Shown here in pieces: positions 12,328-26,000 of a stretch of DNA of 64,000 nucleotides. This DNA is from Azolla caroliniana. Its lineage: Eukaryota > Plantae > Polypodiophyta. The translations under genes and the position numbers were made by a program. Position 1 is the stretch's first letter, and each line of letters starts with the position of its first letter. A model generated the notes under the pieces. The model was not told the origin of the DNA. It saw nothing but the letters and a program-made list of their open reading frames with translations, and searched no databases. Location: assembly GCA_043228905.1 (NCBI GenBank), contig JBHGNT010000012.1, positions 2,108,001 to 2,172,000 of the forward strand, written 5' to 3'.

Positions 12328-15300
12328 CTAATCTTCTCGAGCTGCTTTTACAGAATTTTCGTACTTTTCCAACCCTTCACGCATCTTTTCAACAACCATT
12401 CGTCTCTTCTCGTCTAACTTCCCAGTAACTTTCTTCCCTAAATTCAGCACTTTAGCACGCCTCGATGATCGATTTCCCTTATCATCGATAGTTGAGCTCT
12501 TGATGGATGAGGATGATTCGCTTCTAGCTGGGCTCCCTGACTCAGACTCAGATAATGATTTTGATGTCTCAAGAAGTGGTGCATTGAGTTCATCTGATAA
12601 TGTCATTAGTTTCCCCCCCCATAGAGCATCCTTTAATATTTCATCATTGTATGAAACTGTCTCTTTTGATGAAGCATCCTTTTCTAACGAATCATTGCAT
12701 GAAATTACCTCAGGATCCTTCAATACGGCATCATCACTGAATGAAATTCCTTCTGTTGATGGAGCATGCTTCAATAACGTATCATCATTGCATGAGATTT
12801 GCTTCAATATAGTTACATCATTTGATGATGCTGTTGGAGTTCTTATCAGAGTTGTATCTTTAATCTCTTCACGAGGCAAGGAGTAGTCAGGTGATGAAAT
12901 GTCTGTCTGTGAACTCCAAGGTGCTGGCATATCTGCCTGTGGAACCCAATCATTTGTCTCGGAAATCATCCATGGAACCCAAATACCTTCACAATTTGGT
13001 AGCACATATGTGTCTTGAATAAGAGTCTGTAGTTTTTCACATTATTGTTAGAAAAAGGATATAAATGAAAGAAGACACAAAAAGAAAACTGCCTTTGCCA
13101 AGCAGTTTCTGCTATACACAAACATTTTATCTCCTCTGAGGGCAAAACTTAATGAAGTGTTGTGAAGAGTCCTCATAAGGGCAGAGGACACAGTAATAAG
13201 TTTTTATTTTGAGCGCATTTTATTTTATCTTACCCAAACACTCCAAATGTGCATAAAGAGAGGGCAATCCTTAAATTTTGACAATTGCAATATCATAAAT
13301 CCAACTATTAACCATTGCAAATTTGCACCAAAGATACCTAGGGGGCGCATCTATGCAGTATGGACACACATAATATACCTAAAGTTTAACAAGACAGAAA
13401 ATTTTCGTTCATGAATACAGAGAAAGAAAGGTTAACGACCATGGAAGCCAACGGTATGGACATAGGGATGATATTGTGCTATCCTACCTAGTCTCAGCTC
13501 TCTAGCTAGTGGTGGTTATCATGTCGTAAGTGAAGCTCGGCCTCCGTTTACAATTGACCAGACACACTGGCCATGGGCATATTTGTCGTATTAAGCAAGG
13601 GCCCCTCTTCTAGAACTGGACATAGCACCATAGGATATGATTCATGATATATCAGAATTCCTTGAAATATATGTTTTCAGTTTCCATTTAAAAACATTAC
13701 ATAAATCTTGAGCGTCCATTAACAAGTGACCAACCACAATGGTCATGTCCATATTCTTGCTATACAAATGGTGAGTATCAATCCATCTGCCTGTTGTAAA
13801 ACTTGAACTTGGACTTCAGCGCCAGTAAAAGGAATAAGAATCAGATTATTCTTGGTTTTGATAGTGAACAACAATATCTAGCTTGAAACTAACCTTGATT
13901 TTATTCGTAATGAATGTGACAAATGGTCCTGTTGTGATCCTGTGGTCTCCAATTGATGGTTCAGGCTGTAGATCGATTGAAGGCATTGATGTAAATCCAA
14001 ACCATATACTATCTGTTGGTGGTGGCTTTATCCGCACACGTACTGTGCCTTTGAAGGATACAAGTCTCAAAGATAGGGTTATAGGTACCTAGACAAAAGA
14101 GACATATGTGTGCATTAGGTTGCAGAAACAGGAACATTATATGATAACATATAAATTAAATAACCATATTAATTATCTCATGCCTCATGGATAGTAGATG
14201 TTAATAGTTATATTCATCATCTGAAGAATGATCAGACCATGAAAAAACCATCATTATCCTCTGGGTCAGAAAAAAGGAAAAGGTTTGGGAAAAACCAAGT
14301 TTTTTCCATTATTTTTGACATGAGATAGTTAAAGGGCCAAACTTGTCAATGATTTAAAGTCATGCAGTTTTCTCCAAAGGATTGCCTGGTTTAAACCCTA
14401 TGTATGTAGAATATGACCGTAGATGTACAGCGTACAGAAACAAACCTGCGATAATCAAAACTACAGCTACTACAACTACAGTAAAAACTGTAGCAATATG
14501 AAAACCCTTACAAGATGTTTTTTGTAACCTTAGAATGTTACCATAGAAACTTGGTCAGCAACCCGTGTAAGGACAGCTCTCCAGCCTCCTTTTGATGATT
14601 GTGCTGTGGTGTTGCTAGTGATCTTGTTATCCTTTGCATTTCCTGCATGAACACGCCTCTCTCTCTCTCTCTCTCTCAAAAACACATCTTAATGAGAATT
14701 ATTGTACATAGACAGATATATCCTGTAAACCCTCCATTTCTAAATTTCTAAATTTCAGCAATGTCAAGAGTTCCAATTGAAGGAGTTACAGAATGAAATT
14801 TAGAAATGAAGGGTTTATGGATGAATCGAGCCAGCCTTCTAATTTTTGTTAAATAATGATTGGGTGAACTATAACTCAAATTTCTTTAGTTACAGTCAAT
14901 ATCTACTGTTTTTGTTACATATATAAGCATTTGCAAGTCCATAATAGTTTAATAACATGCTGAAATGAGTTGCAAACATATTTCTTCTGGAAACAATTTG
15001 TATTTTTTTTTCTTGAAAGCACATATTATGATGTACTACATATGTATTTAAACATATGATGTGATATAATACATATGTATTTACGCATACACACAAATGT
15101 AAGTACGTACATACACAACGTTCAACATATGTATGGATTGTATGAGATGTATCATTTGATAGCACAACACTCTCTAATATCTCTCGTCTTCCTGTCAATC
15201 TGTTGCTTCTGCAGCCTGCATCCACTGCATAATTCTACTCACTTTTTTGCTCATCTTATTATTTTTTCCCTCCTGCTCTGCTATCCATTACTACTTTCTT

Positions 15301-18300
15301 TATATTTGGCTTCTCTTTCTGTAGCTTACCAGAAAAAACCATACCCTCCAGTAAGAAAACCATGTACATGGAGTTTTGGGAAACAACAGACATTTGACAG
15401 CCAGACATAAGGACAAAATCACATCAAATCAAATAAAAAATATCTCATTGTGGCACGTGCAAAACCATCATCAATGTTACCCCTAAAATATGCCATCTAA
15501 TCTCAAACAAGGGTTTAGTAAACCATCGTAGTGAAACAAATCCTAAGGATACATGATCCCGTCATTAAACTTAAAAGAGTGTATACTTGAAACATATACA
15601 TACATAGAGAACAATCAGTAAGAGGTGGCAACAGCCTTACAAATGAGGGAAATGGGATCATTTGTACTATTTTAGTGATGTAAAATTAAATATTAGATCT
15701 TTAAATAATCCTATAACAGTTGCAAGTGAGAATCCATACGTACTTTTTTGGATACTGTCAAAACCCATTAATATATCTTCATCGGATAATGTCTGCTCAA
15801 TGCTGTGATTTTCAGCACTTTCTTGTGACATAAAATCATGTGCATTTATGTTTGTCTCTATTTTAATAACTGCACCACCAAAATACTCTATGGCTGAATC
15901 AAAAGACCAGATAAATCCAGAATCTTTCGGAAGAACATGGAAACTCTGAAAATATGGTGGCTGTGTTCCAAGGTCTAGATCTGCACAGTTTATTTTTCCC
16001 ATGTATGTTGGAGTGATAATCTTTGAAAGCTGCTTCTGCAAGATAGTAAGAACATGCATTAGAGACTGGCATCAATTGTCATTTTCAGCATGGGAAAATG
16101 TCATGTTATTAATATTGAACTTGCCTGAACTAGTCTAAGGCACAATTCTCGAAACTGTTTACTTTGATAGGCATCAAAGAACAACCTCGAACATAGTATA
16201 TTCCAGCAAATTGCCCCTTGGTCAAGAGCAAGTACACCTGATTCATGAGAATCGATTTGCTCTAAAAACTTTGATCCATCAGATTTTTCAAATACTTGAA
16301 TTAAGTTATCAGAACCCACAATACCATGCTTTGAGGAAGTCTCTATTACGGATTGAGAACCTAATGAGGATTGGTGATCCAAGTCTTCAGATATAGAAGT
16401 AGATTCCAATAACTTGATTTTTACATCCCTAGACCCACTGTTTTCTTTTTGAATGGCTCCAACTCCTTTCCATGATCCTTTCTTCGCAATTTTTCTCCAG
16501 AGGCGCTGCCTCCTAGATAAATTCCCAGTTCCCTCGACATTTTCCGGACTTGCATTGTTTTTATGCTCTAGATTTTCGTCTTTGTTTTGGGTGAGCTTGG
16601 AGAAAGATGGATACGTTTTGTCAAGTTGCAAAGCATACTCATGGAACTCTCTTTTGCATGTAATATACCAATCTTCTTTTTCTGTTGTCCATCGGGAGGC
16701 TGCACGAAGAACCTGACACCATGTCTCCTTTTCCCATGTTGTTTCAAAATACAGCAAACATAGAGAACTTCCTAAAAATATCTGCTGATTGAAACATTCG
16801 ATTTGGATAGGGTACTTCTTAGCCCTTCAATAATGCAAAGAAAAAGAAACAATGTTGGCTTACAGAAATCACAAATTGAACTCTGTATACAAAAAGTAAT
16901 CAAAAGAGAGAAAAAAGCAAGTTTCCAAAAACAAAAAGAATGTTTGGTTTCAATCCTCCGAATTCCACATAGAAAGACATGGAAGAGAAAGAAACCAGTT
17001 TTCTCATGATCATGTCAACAATTATCATGATAGTTTTCACAGAGAAGAGTACAGTAAGACTATATATTCAAACCACACATCATCATGATGTAGGGAATGA
17101 GAGTACCATATACCATTTTCTTGAGGCCTCCTTCCCTGCAGAAACAGCGTGAATGCTGCATCCTTTTAAGTCTGCACTCTCTTCAGTTCCATCTTCGGCA
17201 ACAAGAGAAAGCACACTATTATCAATTTTCGCAAATCTTCTACTTGGACGTGCATAAAAAATATCATCATTTCCATCCTTTTTCTTCTTGTGATCCTTTG
17301 AGATTTTTTCTCTTTTGGAGGCATCCTTCTTTGATATTGACAAAGGTAATGCTGCAATCCATAGGTGGCCCTTCAAGGAAATTAAGAGAGAAATTTAATA
17401 AGAATGTGAACAAATCTACCACTTAAAGAAACAATTCTAGAAAGAATTTAACACTTCATTTCACAGGAATTTGACCATTAACTAGGCACATGTTCCACTT
17501 TTATTGCTTTCAAAACATTGAAACATGGGTGTCCCCCTGGAGATCACTTTCAAAATCCAACCTACAGTGAATTTTTAATAACAAGTTTACTTCATGATAT
17601 ATGAGTTCGCAATCAGGATTCAGAAGGTGGCATGAAATGATCTAATGTCTCTTGTTTAGTATCATTGCTTTCAAAACCCAACCTACAGTGAATTTTTAAT
17701 AACAAGTTTACATCGTGCTATGAGTTCCAATCAGGATTCAGAGGGCAACATGAAAGCTTTCCTCATAAAGAAAAGGCTGGAAAAACAATCAGAGGAATAA
17801 ACAATAAACAAACTGACAAGTCTTGTTCACTGTCATTGTGAAGAAGACATGGAAATATCAGATTCTCTACCATGTATTGTCGAATATCGCATTGAAAGTC
17901 TCTGACCATGGAAGAATGATGCGGAAAGAAAGAGTAATGTCATGTAAGGAAATCAAGAGGAAATATCCGATGATATAATGCTGTCACTGCAAAGGAACAT
18001 GCTTGTTGTCATGTTTTCTCTTAATGCAAATGCTACAAAATCAATCAATTAGGAGAAATATCAAACAATCTGACATGTCATGTTTTCTGTCATTTCAAAC
18101 AAATATGACTCTTTTGTGCCTTTCAATGACCTCTTGGTCATAGAAACATGACACACAAACAAAGCCTAACAAAGGCAGAGGCATCTGCTCCCAATCTGGA
18201 GGGAAGTTGGAAGGATCTATATATAGCATATTAATTGCAAAGAAATGTGGTTTTTGTTGCTTGTTGACGAGTTCTTGGTCACAAAATCACAATATAGAAA

Positions 18301-19747
18301 TAAAGACTACATAATCAAACTGTCTCAGAGGTGAAAAGATCTAGCACAACTTCTTTAATAATCATAATATTCCTGCAAATCATTTCTTCTTCATGAAGGA
18401 AACACACAGACTGGTTGAAAGAACAAAATTTCTATGACGGCTTAAATGAGAAACATAATACCTGTTGAAAGATAGTGTGAGATGAAGAAGAATATGATGA
18501 AATAGTCTATAACTATCAATTGCAAAGAAATATGACTTTTTTATCCATTTGAACAAGCTGATTCCAATATTTAAAGAAACATAAACGAAGACGACAGAAA
18601 ATACTGTTTTGAAACAAGATTTTCATAACGGATCAGAGGAGAAAATAATGCCAGTAGAAATATATCGAGAGAGGGATGCGATGAAATCAAGACAATCTAC
18701 AACTATTAATCACAAAAGAAACATTAGTCTTTGATGAATTTGGACTGATATTAAAGATACATAAACAAAAATGACAAAATAGACTGTTTCGAAATGAGAA
18801 ATTCTGTGAAGAATCAACAGAGAAGCATAATACCTGTAGGAAAAGTATATAGTAAGCAGAATGCTACAAAAACAAAATTATGTACAAATATCAATTCCAA
18901 AGAAGCGTGATTCCTTCACACATTTGGACAATTGTGAATTGTTGGTAGCAAATGAACAGAACCAAGATTTTCTAGAGACAAAGCTTTTTGTAAATGAAAA
19001 AGAAGAAGAAGAATGCGATGAAAGATAAATAATTCACAACTAATATTTGCTACATTTCGAAATTTTCATTTTTTGGTTATGAAAACAAATAAAAGCAAAG
19101 ACTTCTTGGAAAACATAACGAGAAGGGAGCATAAAATACCGAGAATATTTCTATTAAGGAATATATGATAGGAATATAGCCTAAAATACCAGAAGAAATA
19201 TTCGATAAGACAAAGAAGAATGCAATGGAAATGAAATAATCTATGACTATCAATTTTCAAAACCTGATTCTTTGACGCATTTATTTCTTAATTATGAAAT
19301 TATATACAAAAGCAGAGACGAAGAGGAAAACAAATCTTTCTGTGAAGGAATGCATAATGAGAAATGAGCGTAGAATCGTTGTAGAAATATAGTATAATAA
19401 GAATGAGATGAGAGATGAAGGAATGTGTAGCTATCAAATTGCAAAGAAACGTGACTCTTTGAATCGTTTTCTTTCTTGACAATAGATACAAATCTTTCTG
19501 CGTAGTAGCATAAAAATACCTGTAGAAAGATACGGCGAGAAGAGGATGATGAAGAATCAGAAGAATACGAAGATAATGGAGCCAAATCTGAATTAGAAGG
19601 TCGAGCAGCGGCAGAAGAAATGTTGCGGCGATGAAGAGGAAGCAGCAACAAGCGATGGAAGAAGAAGAGAGCTGTGAAGACGAGGATCAAAGCGAAACTG
19701 AGGAAACCTGCGAGGAAAGAAGCGATCAAAGCAATCCACATCGCCAT
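12328..19747 (-). CDS. TEX2-like ER membrane-contact-site protein (N-terminal TM helix, PH-like domain, SMP lipid-transfer domain), 823 aa
   Basis: Exons 19747-19520, 17370-17114, 16824-16125, 16035-15744, 14642-14542, 14088-13894 and 13026-12328 sum to 2472 nt in frame. Motifs: SRKWAKKYPI, YFETTWEKETWCQVLR, CWNILCSRLFFD, TPTYMGKINCADLDLGTQPP, VPITLSLRLVSFKGTVRVRIKPPPTDSIWFGFTSMP and VLPNCEGIWVPWM. Intron 3 is GC-AG. Confidence 0.9.
17548..17755. repeat. ~120-bp period duplication in TEX2-like intron 1
   Basis: ctttcaaaa.ccaacctacagtgaatttttaataacaagtttac...aatcaggattcaga at ~17548 and ~17668. Confidence 0.85.
18000..19550. repeat. degenerate ~185-bp tandem array in TEX2-like intron 1, overlapping the exon 1 donor
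   Basis: aatacctgt(a/t)gaaa..gaagaat..actatcaattgcaaagaaa..tgact recurs at ~18457, 18646, 18828, 19185, 19378 and 19515. Confidence 0.7.
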
Positions 19748-19864
19748 AGCTTGGGAAGCTCAAATTTGTGCAGGAATGCAAGAAATCTTCGTTTCGTCAT
19801 GTTTTCTCTGACGTGCCGGTCGTCCTTCCTTTCTTTCTCATCCGATGAAAGTAATGCTTTTCAT

Positions 19865-20066
19865 ATTTTACCAAAATACCCCTCTAACTTTCTGAAATTA
19901 CCGTAGCACCCCTCTAATTTTATGAAATTACCAGAATACCCCGGCCATTTAAAATTTACCCAAATACCCCTCTTATTTTCTGCATTTACTAAAATGCCCC
20001 TGTACTTATAACTGCAAATACCCACCCCCCCCTTGATTTTCTGAAATTACCAAAATACCTCTCCCT
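19865..20066. repeat. ~30-bp minisatellite (aaattaccaaaatacccct core) just upstream of the TEX2-like gene
   Basis: About seven degenerate copies of tttctgaaattaccaaaatacccctct. Confidence 0.8.
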
Positions 20067-20169
20067 ACTAGAGGGGTGATTTAGCACTCTTTCCATGCTA
20101 CATGAAAGTTGTAGACCAAAAGGAAATAAATATCGTAAAATAAATAGCCATTACGTACTGAATCGTTGT

Positions 20170-20715
20170 TAACAATTGGCAATAGTTCGATTTGAATTGA
20201 ACCGAACCAAACCGCAACTTACCGGCTTAACAGTTTAAACTATTTGGTTCGGTTTGGTTCAAGTTCAAGTTTTTTTTTAATGGTTCGGTTTTGGTTTGGT
20301 TCAGTTTGGGGGTGAACGATTCGGTTCGATATAAACTGTTTGAAACTGTGGTTTCAACTGTTTGATGGTTTAGGGTTGCCAGTTGATTTTTTTAAAAATA
20401 TTTTTTTGAACAACCTTTTCATTTTTAAGCCTAATTCTCACATTTTAGGAAAAATCTTTGAAATTTTGAAGTTTTGAAATTTGAAATAATGAAAATTTTA
20501 AAAATTTTAAATTGATAATTTGAAATTTGACCAAAAATCAAAACCATGGTTTTATTGGTTTAACAGTTAGGATTTTTTTTGTAACAGTTCGGTTTTAACA
20601 GTTAAAAAATGGTTTCGTGATTCGATTCAATTCAATTCAAGTTTCAAAAAAATTTAACAGTTTGATTTTGACACTCTCAAACCAAACCAAACCAAACCAT
20701 ATTGGGAGATTGTTT
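20170..20715 (+). mobile_element. hAT-like MITE, degenerate copy
   Basis: Starts taacaattggcaa, has dense AACCG/CGGTT subterminal repeats and ends ...gacactctcaaaccaaacc..gattgttt. Homologous to 26451-26786. Confidence 0.75.
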
Positions 20716-21529
20716 GCAATGAAGCTCCACTAATAACTCTATGCCAATAAAAAAGAGCCCCAAATCTAATTATTGTGAGCATAGCACACACAAAGAGTTT
20801 AAGAATAGGATCTTTTTTTATCTCTCAAATTCACATCGACTTCATGGATATGATGGAGGGGATGTATGATCAAAATTTATGGTAATGCTTCTTTAGCTTT
20901 TAGTATTTATCGCAATACCTCAGTAAGTATCTTCAAGATATGATACCCCTCTACCTTTCTAAAGTTACCTAAATACCCTTAGTATCTTCAAATCTCTCAA
21001 CATACTTCTAGTTGTTCTTAAGTATGTTTCCTAATTTAGTGTTAAAATACCCATCGCGTGCTTTCTCCTTCTTCTTATGTTTATAGTAGCTTTAACCATT
21101 TATAAATAATATGCCTCCTTGTGTTTGTTGTACTCCCCTTCATATACAACTCTCGGCCCCAATGTAACCTACATAACAACCTAACCCTATTGGATCTAAT
21201 TGATTCCTCAAAACACCTTGTGTTCTTTCTTCTTGTTGCATCTAAGGTAGCATTGGCAATTTACCAACACCGCCCCTTCTCGTGTTTAATTGAATTCCCA
21301 ATATCTACCACCTCTTGTTTTAATAGAACTCCCAACACACCTCCCATCCTTGGTTGTTCTTAATTTATTTCCTAAAAGACCTTTATCCTAAAAGACTTTA
21401 TCCCAACACACCTGTGCTTTATCAACACCCAATTGACTCCTAACACTTCAACAATATATGTTGCAAAAAGCTATAGCTTGTGGACTTCTTCTTTTTTTTC
21501 CCAAAAAGTATCCTTTCATTAGTTATAAA

Positions 21530-22150
21530 CAATTGTTACAAGGTTGTTGACCTACCGTCAAGCTTCCCTAGATATGTTGCACTCTTCCATGGATCCCTAT
21601 CCCTAAAGGATAGACCACTCAATAACCTAGTTATGTAATTGGTGGTGGGAACAACCATACTGGTGGTGCTAGGCACCACATGGGTCTCACATTTTGTAGT
21701 GTGAGAAAAGGGCCCTTGTTCCAATAGGTGATGAATTCGAGGCATTGCAACACTGGAGCATCTGTCTCACCTTTAATTTCATCATACTGCCCTTTCAAGG
21801 TATGCACCATATGCATCCAGATGTTTTGTACACTTTCCACGGGATGAACAATAGTATTATCTTAGAACATCTAGCAGTCCAAATAAACCACATTGTGGTG
21901 AATTTGACATTTATAGCTTGTGGACTTGGACAATGTGCATATATTTTATTTAGCGTTGACGATGGTAGCACAAAACACACTATCAAGGAGTAAGCTTCAA
22001 AGTGAAATAAGTCTCTTTACTTATAGGGCCCACCCAAAACACAAGAGTCTCGTGCACCATGCGGCCCCTCTCGGTGTCTTGTTGGATAAATCACCTTGTT
22101 GGATAAATATACATCATGGGCGGGCTGAATTGAAAATCATGCAATCTCGA
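21530..22150 (-). mobile_element. L1-clade LINE 3' remnant
   Basis: FTTMWFIWTARCSKI, ESVQNIWMHMVHTLKGQYDEIKG and PMWCLAPPVWLFPPP. Similar to the + strand element at 39900-41010. Confidence 0.7.
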
Positions 22151-22229
22151 GGTGAACATTAGTATTATATACACTCAATGGCATACATACATAAATGGAC
22201 ATGATTTTTGTATGTATAGGCATATAACA

Positions 22230-22492
22230 ATACACATACACATACATATACACATACATATACACATACATATACATATACACATACATATATATACATA
22301 TACACATACATATACATATACACATACATATACACATACATATACATATACATATACATATACACATACATATACACATACACATACATATACACATACA
22401 CATACATATACGTATACATATACTTATACATATACATATACACATACATACATATACATATACATATACATATATTACACAAACGCATACAC

Positions 22493-22528
<36 letters not shown>

Positions 22529-22552
22529 TAATACTGTTATACATATACATAT
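22230..22552. repeat. compound (CATATA/CATACA/CA)n alternating purine-pyrimidine tract
   Basis: About 320 bp of catatacacatacata-type repeats. Confidence 0.95.
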
Positions 22553-22599
22553 ACTACCATGTTTAATATCTACACATTTTTATTTGCACGATAACACTT

Positions 22600-22686
22600 G
22601 GCAAAAAGGAAGCTCTTCTTCTTCTTCTTCTTCTTCTTCTTCTTCATTTTCCTCGTCCTCTTCTTCAAGGAACAGAGGCCTCTAAG
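22600..22686 (+). other. probable 5' UTR exon of the DJ-1/PfpI gene
   Basis: (CTT)n tract, then donor AAG|GTAAGC at 22686/22687. Acceptor ttgtag at 23016 lies 12 nt before the ATG. The TSS is estimated. Confidence 0.6.
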
Positions 22687-23028
22687 GTAAGCAGATTCAC
22701 TCACTCTCTCTCGATTTGCTTCTAGTATTTTCTGCAGGTTTTGTTTCATTTAGAAAATTCTCGGCAGACAAAGATGATCATTCCCTGTAGAAATGCTGTT
22801 GTCCTGGAAGTGAAGTGTACATTTCTTCAGAAAAATTTGTCATTTCTCCACGTGTTTGATACCAATGAGTAATTAAAAAATACAAACCATTTCTGTAGAG
22901 ATGAATTATTACAGGATTCGGATCTGGATGAGATCCGAGAGTTATTTTTCCTGAGATCATAATATGAAGCAGGGTTTATTCATCTGTTTGCTTGTTTTCT
23001 TTTAGTTTCTTTGTAGATACATATAAGC

Positions 23029-26000
23029 ATGGCGCTTGGTAAGTCGATCCTTATCATCTCTACTTCCCATGGAAAACTCGGAGATACTGATAAACCAACA
23101 GGTCTCTGGTATGTATGCTTTCACAAATTATTTTTAACTCAGAACAATTTTTTATGTATGGTATTCATAACCTTACCATATTTTCCGTAAGAAGGCAAAA
23201 TAACCTTAAGGTTTTGGACATCAACCAGAATATCCTTAAGGTATTCTAGTAATTATTGAAAGGTTAGGGGTATTTTGGTAAATAATATTAGGAGTATTTT
23301 GGTGTTTTCCCTTAATTTTAGGAATTTCTCCAGTATGTTTATATATTTAAAATGTAAGAAACTTATGAGCTCGTATGTGCCATTGCACTATCATGTTTAT
23401 ACACATTACGGATTTTTAATAAGATAAGATTGTGAATCTATTTAGGCAATACTTTGTTGGATCAAATTGACGGGGATGCATAAAACCCCATGAGTTCTGT
23501 AAGGAAATGCTTCCAAGAAAGCAATGAACTTATGCATGTATGTTGAGATTTTGAGTAATGTAAGCATGTGAATGCAACAAGTTGCCTGATTGAATTTGTG
23601 GAAACCTACAAAGTCTTATATGATACATAAAGGAAATGTTTTCACATTATGGTTTAGAAAGTAATGTATTGTTTATATAGGGCTGAAGAAGTGGCTGCAC
23701 CATACTACATCTTCAAGGGAGCAGGGGCGCAAGTTGATATTGCAAGCATAAAGGGTGGCAATATCCCCTTAGGTAATATTATATTTTCACCATTGGGATT
23801 TGAAGATTTGCTAGTAGGCATCATCATCTTTTTTATCATGATTTTTAGAGCCCCTTAGGTATTATTGTTTTTGCATTATGATTTTCAAGTTCCCATCAGT
23901 GGTGTCATCGTCTTTTCTTCACCAATTGATCTTGAACTTTGAGAAGACCTCCATACTCTGGAGAATGTCCTCATTGTCTGTAAAGGGTCTCATATCAGCA
24001 TTTAAAAACGTGCCTGATTTTGCTATAACCTTGCACTTACATTATTTGAAATCCCCTTCAAAATTTGAAATCGAAATACCTTAAAATAATGAGATGTTTT
24101 AGGATGGAAAACTTCAAAATATGGTCTATGAGATATATGATAACAATCATTTCAACCAATTTAGATGAAGGTTTTACTACTTTTGTTGACATCCTGCACT
24201 TTTCCAGATCCCAGCAGCTTAGCAGGAGAGTTGCCTGAACCAACTCATCTTTATTTGAAGGACCATGGTATGCACATTGATTGATGCGTGTTATTATCAT
24301 TCTTGTTGTTGTTATTATAAGTTACGCTATAGTTGGAGCTACAGTTGAATCATGAGGCTTGTTTCTTGCGTTTTGTATTGACGCAGATGGATTGAAAAGC
24401 AAGCTAGAAAGTTCCATTCCCATAGCGGAGATCTCTCAAGTCTATGATGCTGTCTTTTTGCCAGGTATTGCATATGCATATGGACATACAATTATTTTCT
24501 TCAAATGCTTGATGTTCGAAACAGGGAAAATGTTTTCTTTTTCTCATGATTGATCTTTTCCTAGTTGGTAATTACATGTGAGATAATCTGTTTGTCCTAA
24601 CTTGACATAAACTGGAAAATGAACTTAATTGTGCATTTTGACTTCTACCTATGTAGTTTTCTGTTAAACCTCCAAAAGGGCTGTGCTTGTTGTAAATCAT
24701 TTGTTGTAACGATGATAATTGATAGAATGAATAAAAGTTAACGTTGTGGTTTTTGAAGAAGCATTCAAAGCAAATAGAATTTTTCTAAATTTTGCCACAA
24801 AGTAGATGAGGGTCCTGGCTTAGCGAAGAAACGAGGCTAAAATATAGGGCAAAAAAGGCCAATTATGTTTTGATGGAATGCATCAGAGATGAGTAGTTTC
24901 CTTCCATTGTATTGACATCTTGAAGGTTTTTAATGCTTCAATATGTCTTTAATTTTCTCTATGTGTGTTTTCGTGTACTAGAGCTGCCATTATTGCATAA
25001 ATGGGATGCTAAAATAGAATAATTCAACACTTAGATTTGTATCACCTTCTAGGCATGGATTTAGAATAGTCGGGGATTGATTAATCTTTAATAAAGACAA
25101 TTTACTATTCAACACTTAAAATTGTATCATCTTCTAGGCATCCCATTACACTATTGAGTGATTGATTAATCTTGAATAAGGATGATTTCTTCCATGATGT
25201 GCATACGCATGACATTGATCAGGTATCGATGTTAAAGCTGGAGATGGGCCATAATAATAATAATAGTAATAATAATTAATTCAAAGAAACTTGATAGATA
25301 AATAGAAAATGGTTTACAATTCAACAATTAAAATTGTATCATCTTCTAGGCATGCCATTAGGATATTGGATGATTGATTGATCTTGAATAAGGATGACTT
25401 CTTCCGTTATGTGCATACACATAACATTGATTAGGTATCGATGTTAAAGAGGTATTAATTAATTTAATTAATCTTGATAGATAAATAGAAGACCTAGAGC
25501 TAGCTTGGATAAAGACCCATTATTTAGATGTGCATACAACAGAGAGATGATCAATGAAGACCCCTTAGCTTGGACGTTGGCTTGCTGAAAACCATGCTAA
25601 AATACATAATTGTCATGCAGGTGGACATGGGGTTTGTTATGATTTTCCTGAGAATCCAACACTTATAGAAATATTGGAGAAACATTGGGCACATGGGAAG
25701 GTGGTGTCAGCAGTTTGTCATGGACCAGTTGGCTTGGTTAACATTAAAACACCTTCTGGAGAATACATTGTAAAAGGGAAAAAGGTAATATCGAATATTT
25801 TTAGTTCATATTTCATTCATCTATGTTTTTGCTATATGGAGATGATTGCACATTTGTGTCTTTCACTCTAGCTGCATTAATACCATCAATGATTTTCCAA
25901 GGTATGATTATTGCCATGAATGATTCGATCTTTGTTTGCTTGGTATGCTGGGAAGCTATCTTGAAAAGGGTGAAAACAAGATTATTGCCTATTAACTCGT

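Noticed and set aside
13440-13640. GC-richer intronic patch as a possible snoRNA or small MITE
   Set aside because: Only a short imperfect inverted repeat (gtgctat/atagcac), with no convincing C/D or H/ACA box pair.
14896-15410. Purine-rich stretch in TEX2-like intron 4 as a possible extra exon
   Set aside because: The best acceptors in the required phase run into stops, and the flanking exons already join in frame.
22137-22685. Long ORFs rich in HI/YT/CM/YV repeats
   Set aside because: They are translations of the CATATA/CATACA microsatellite.
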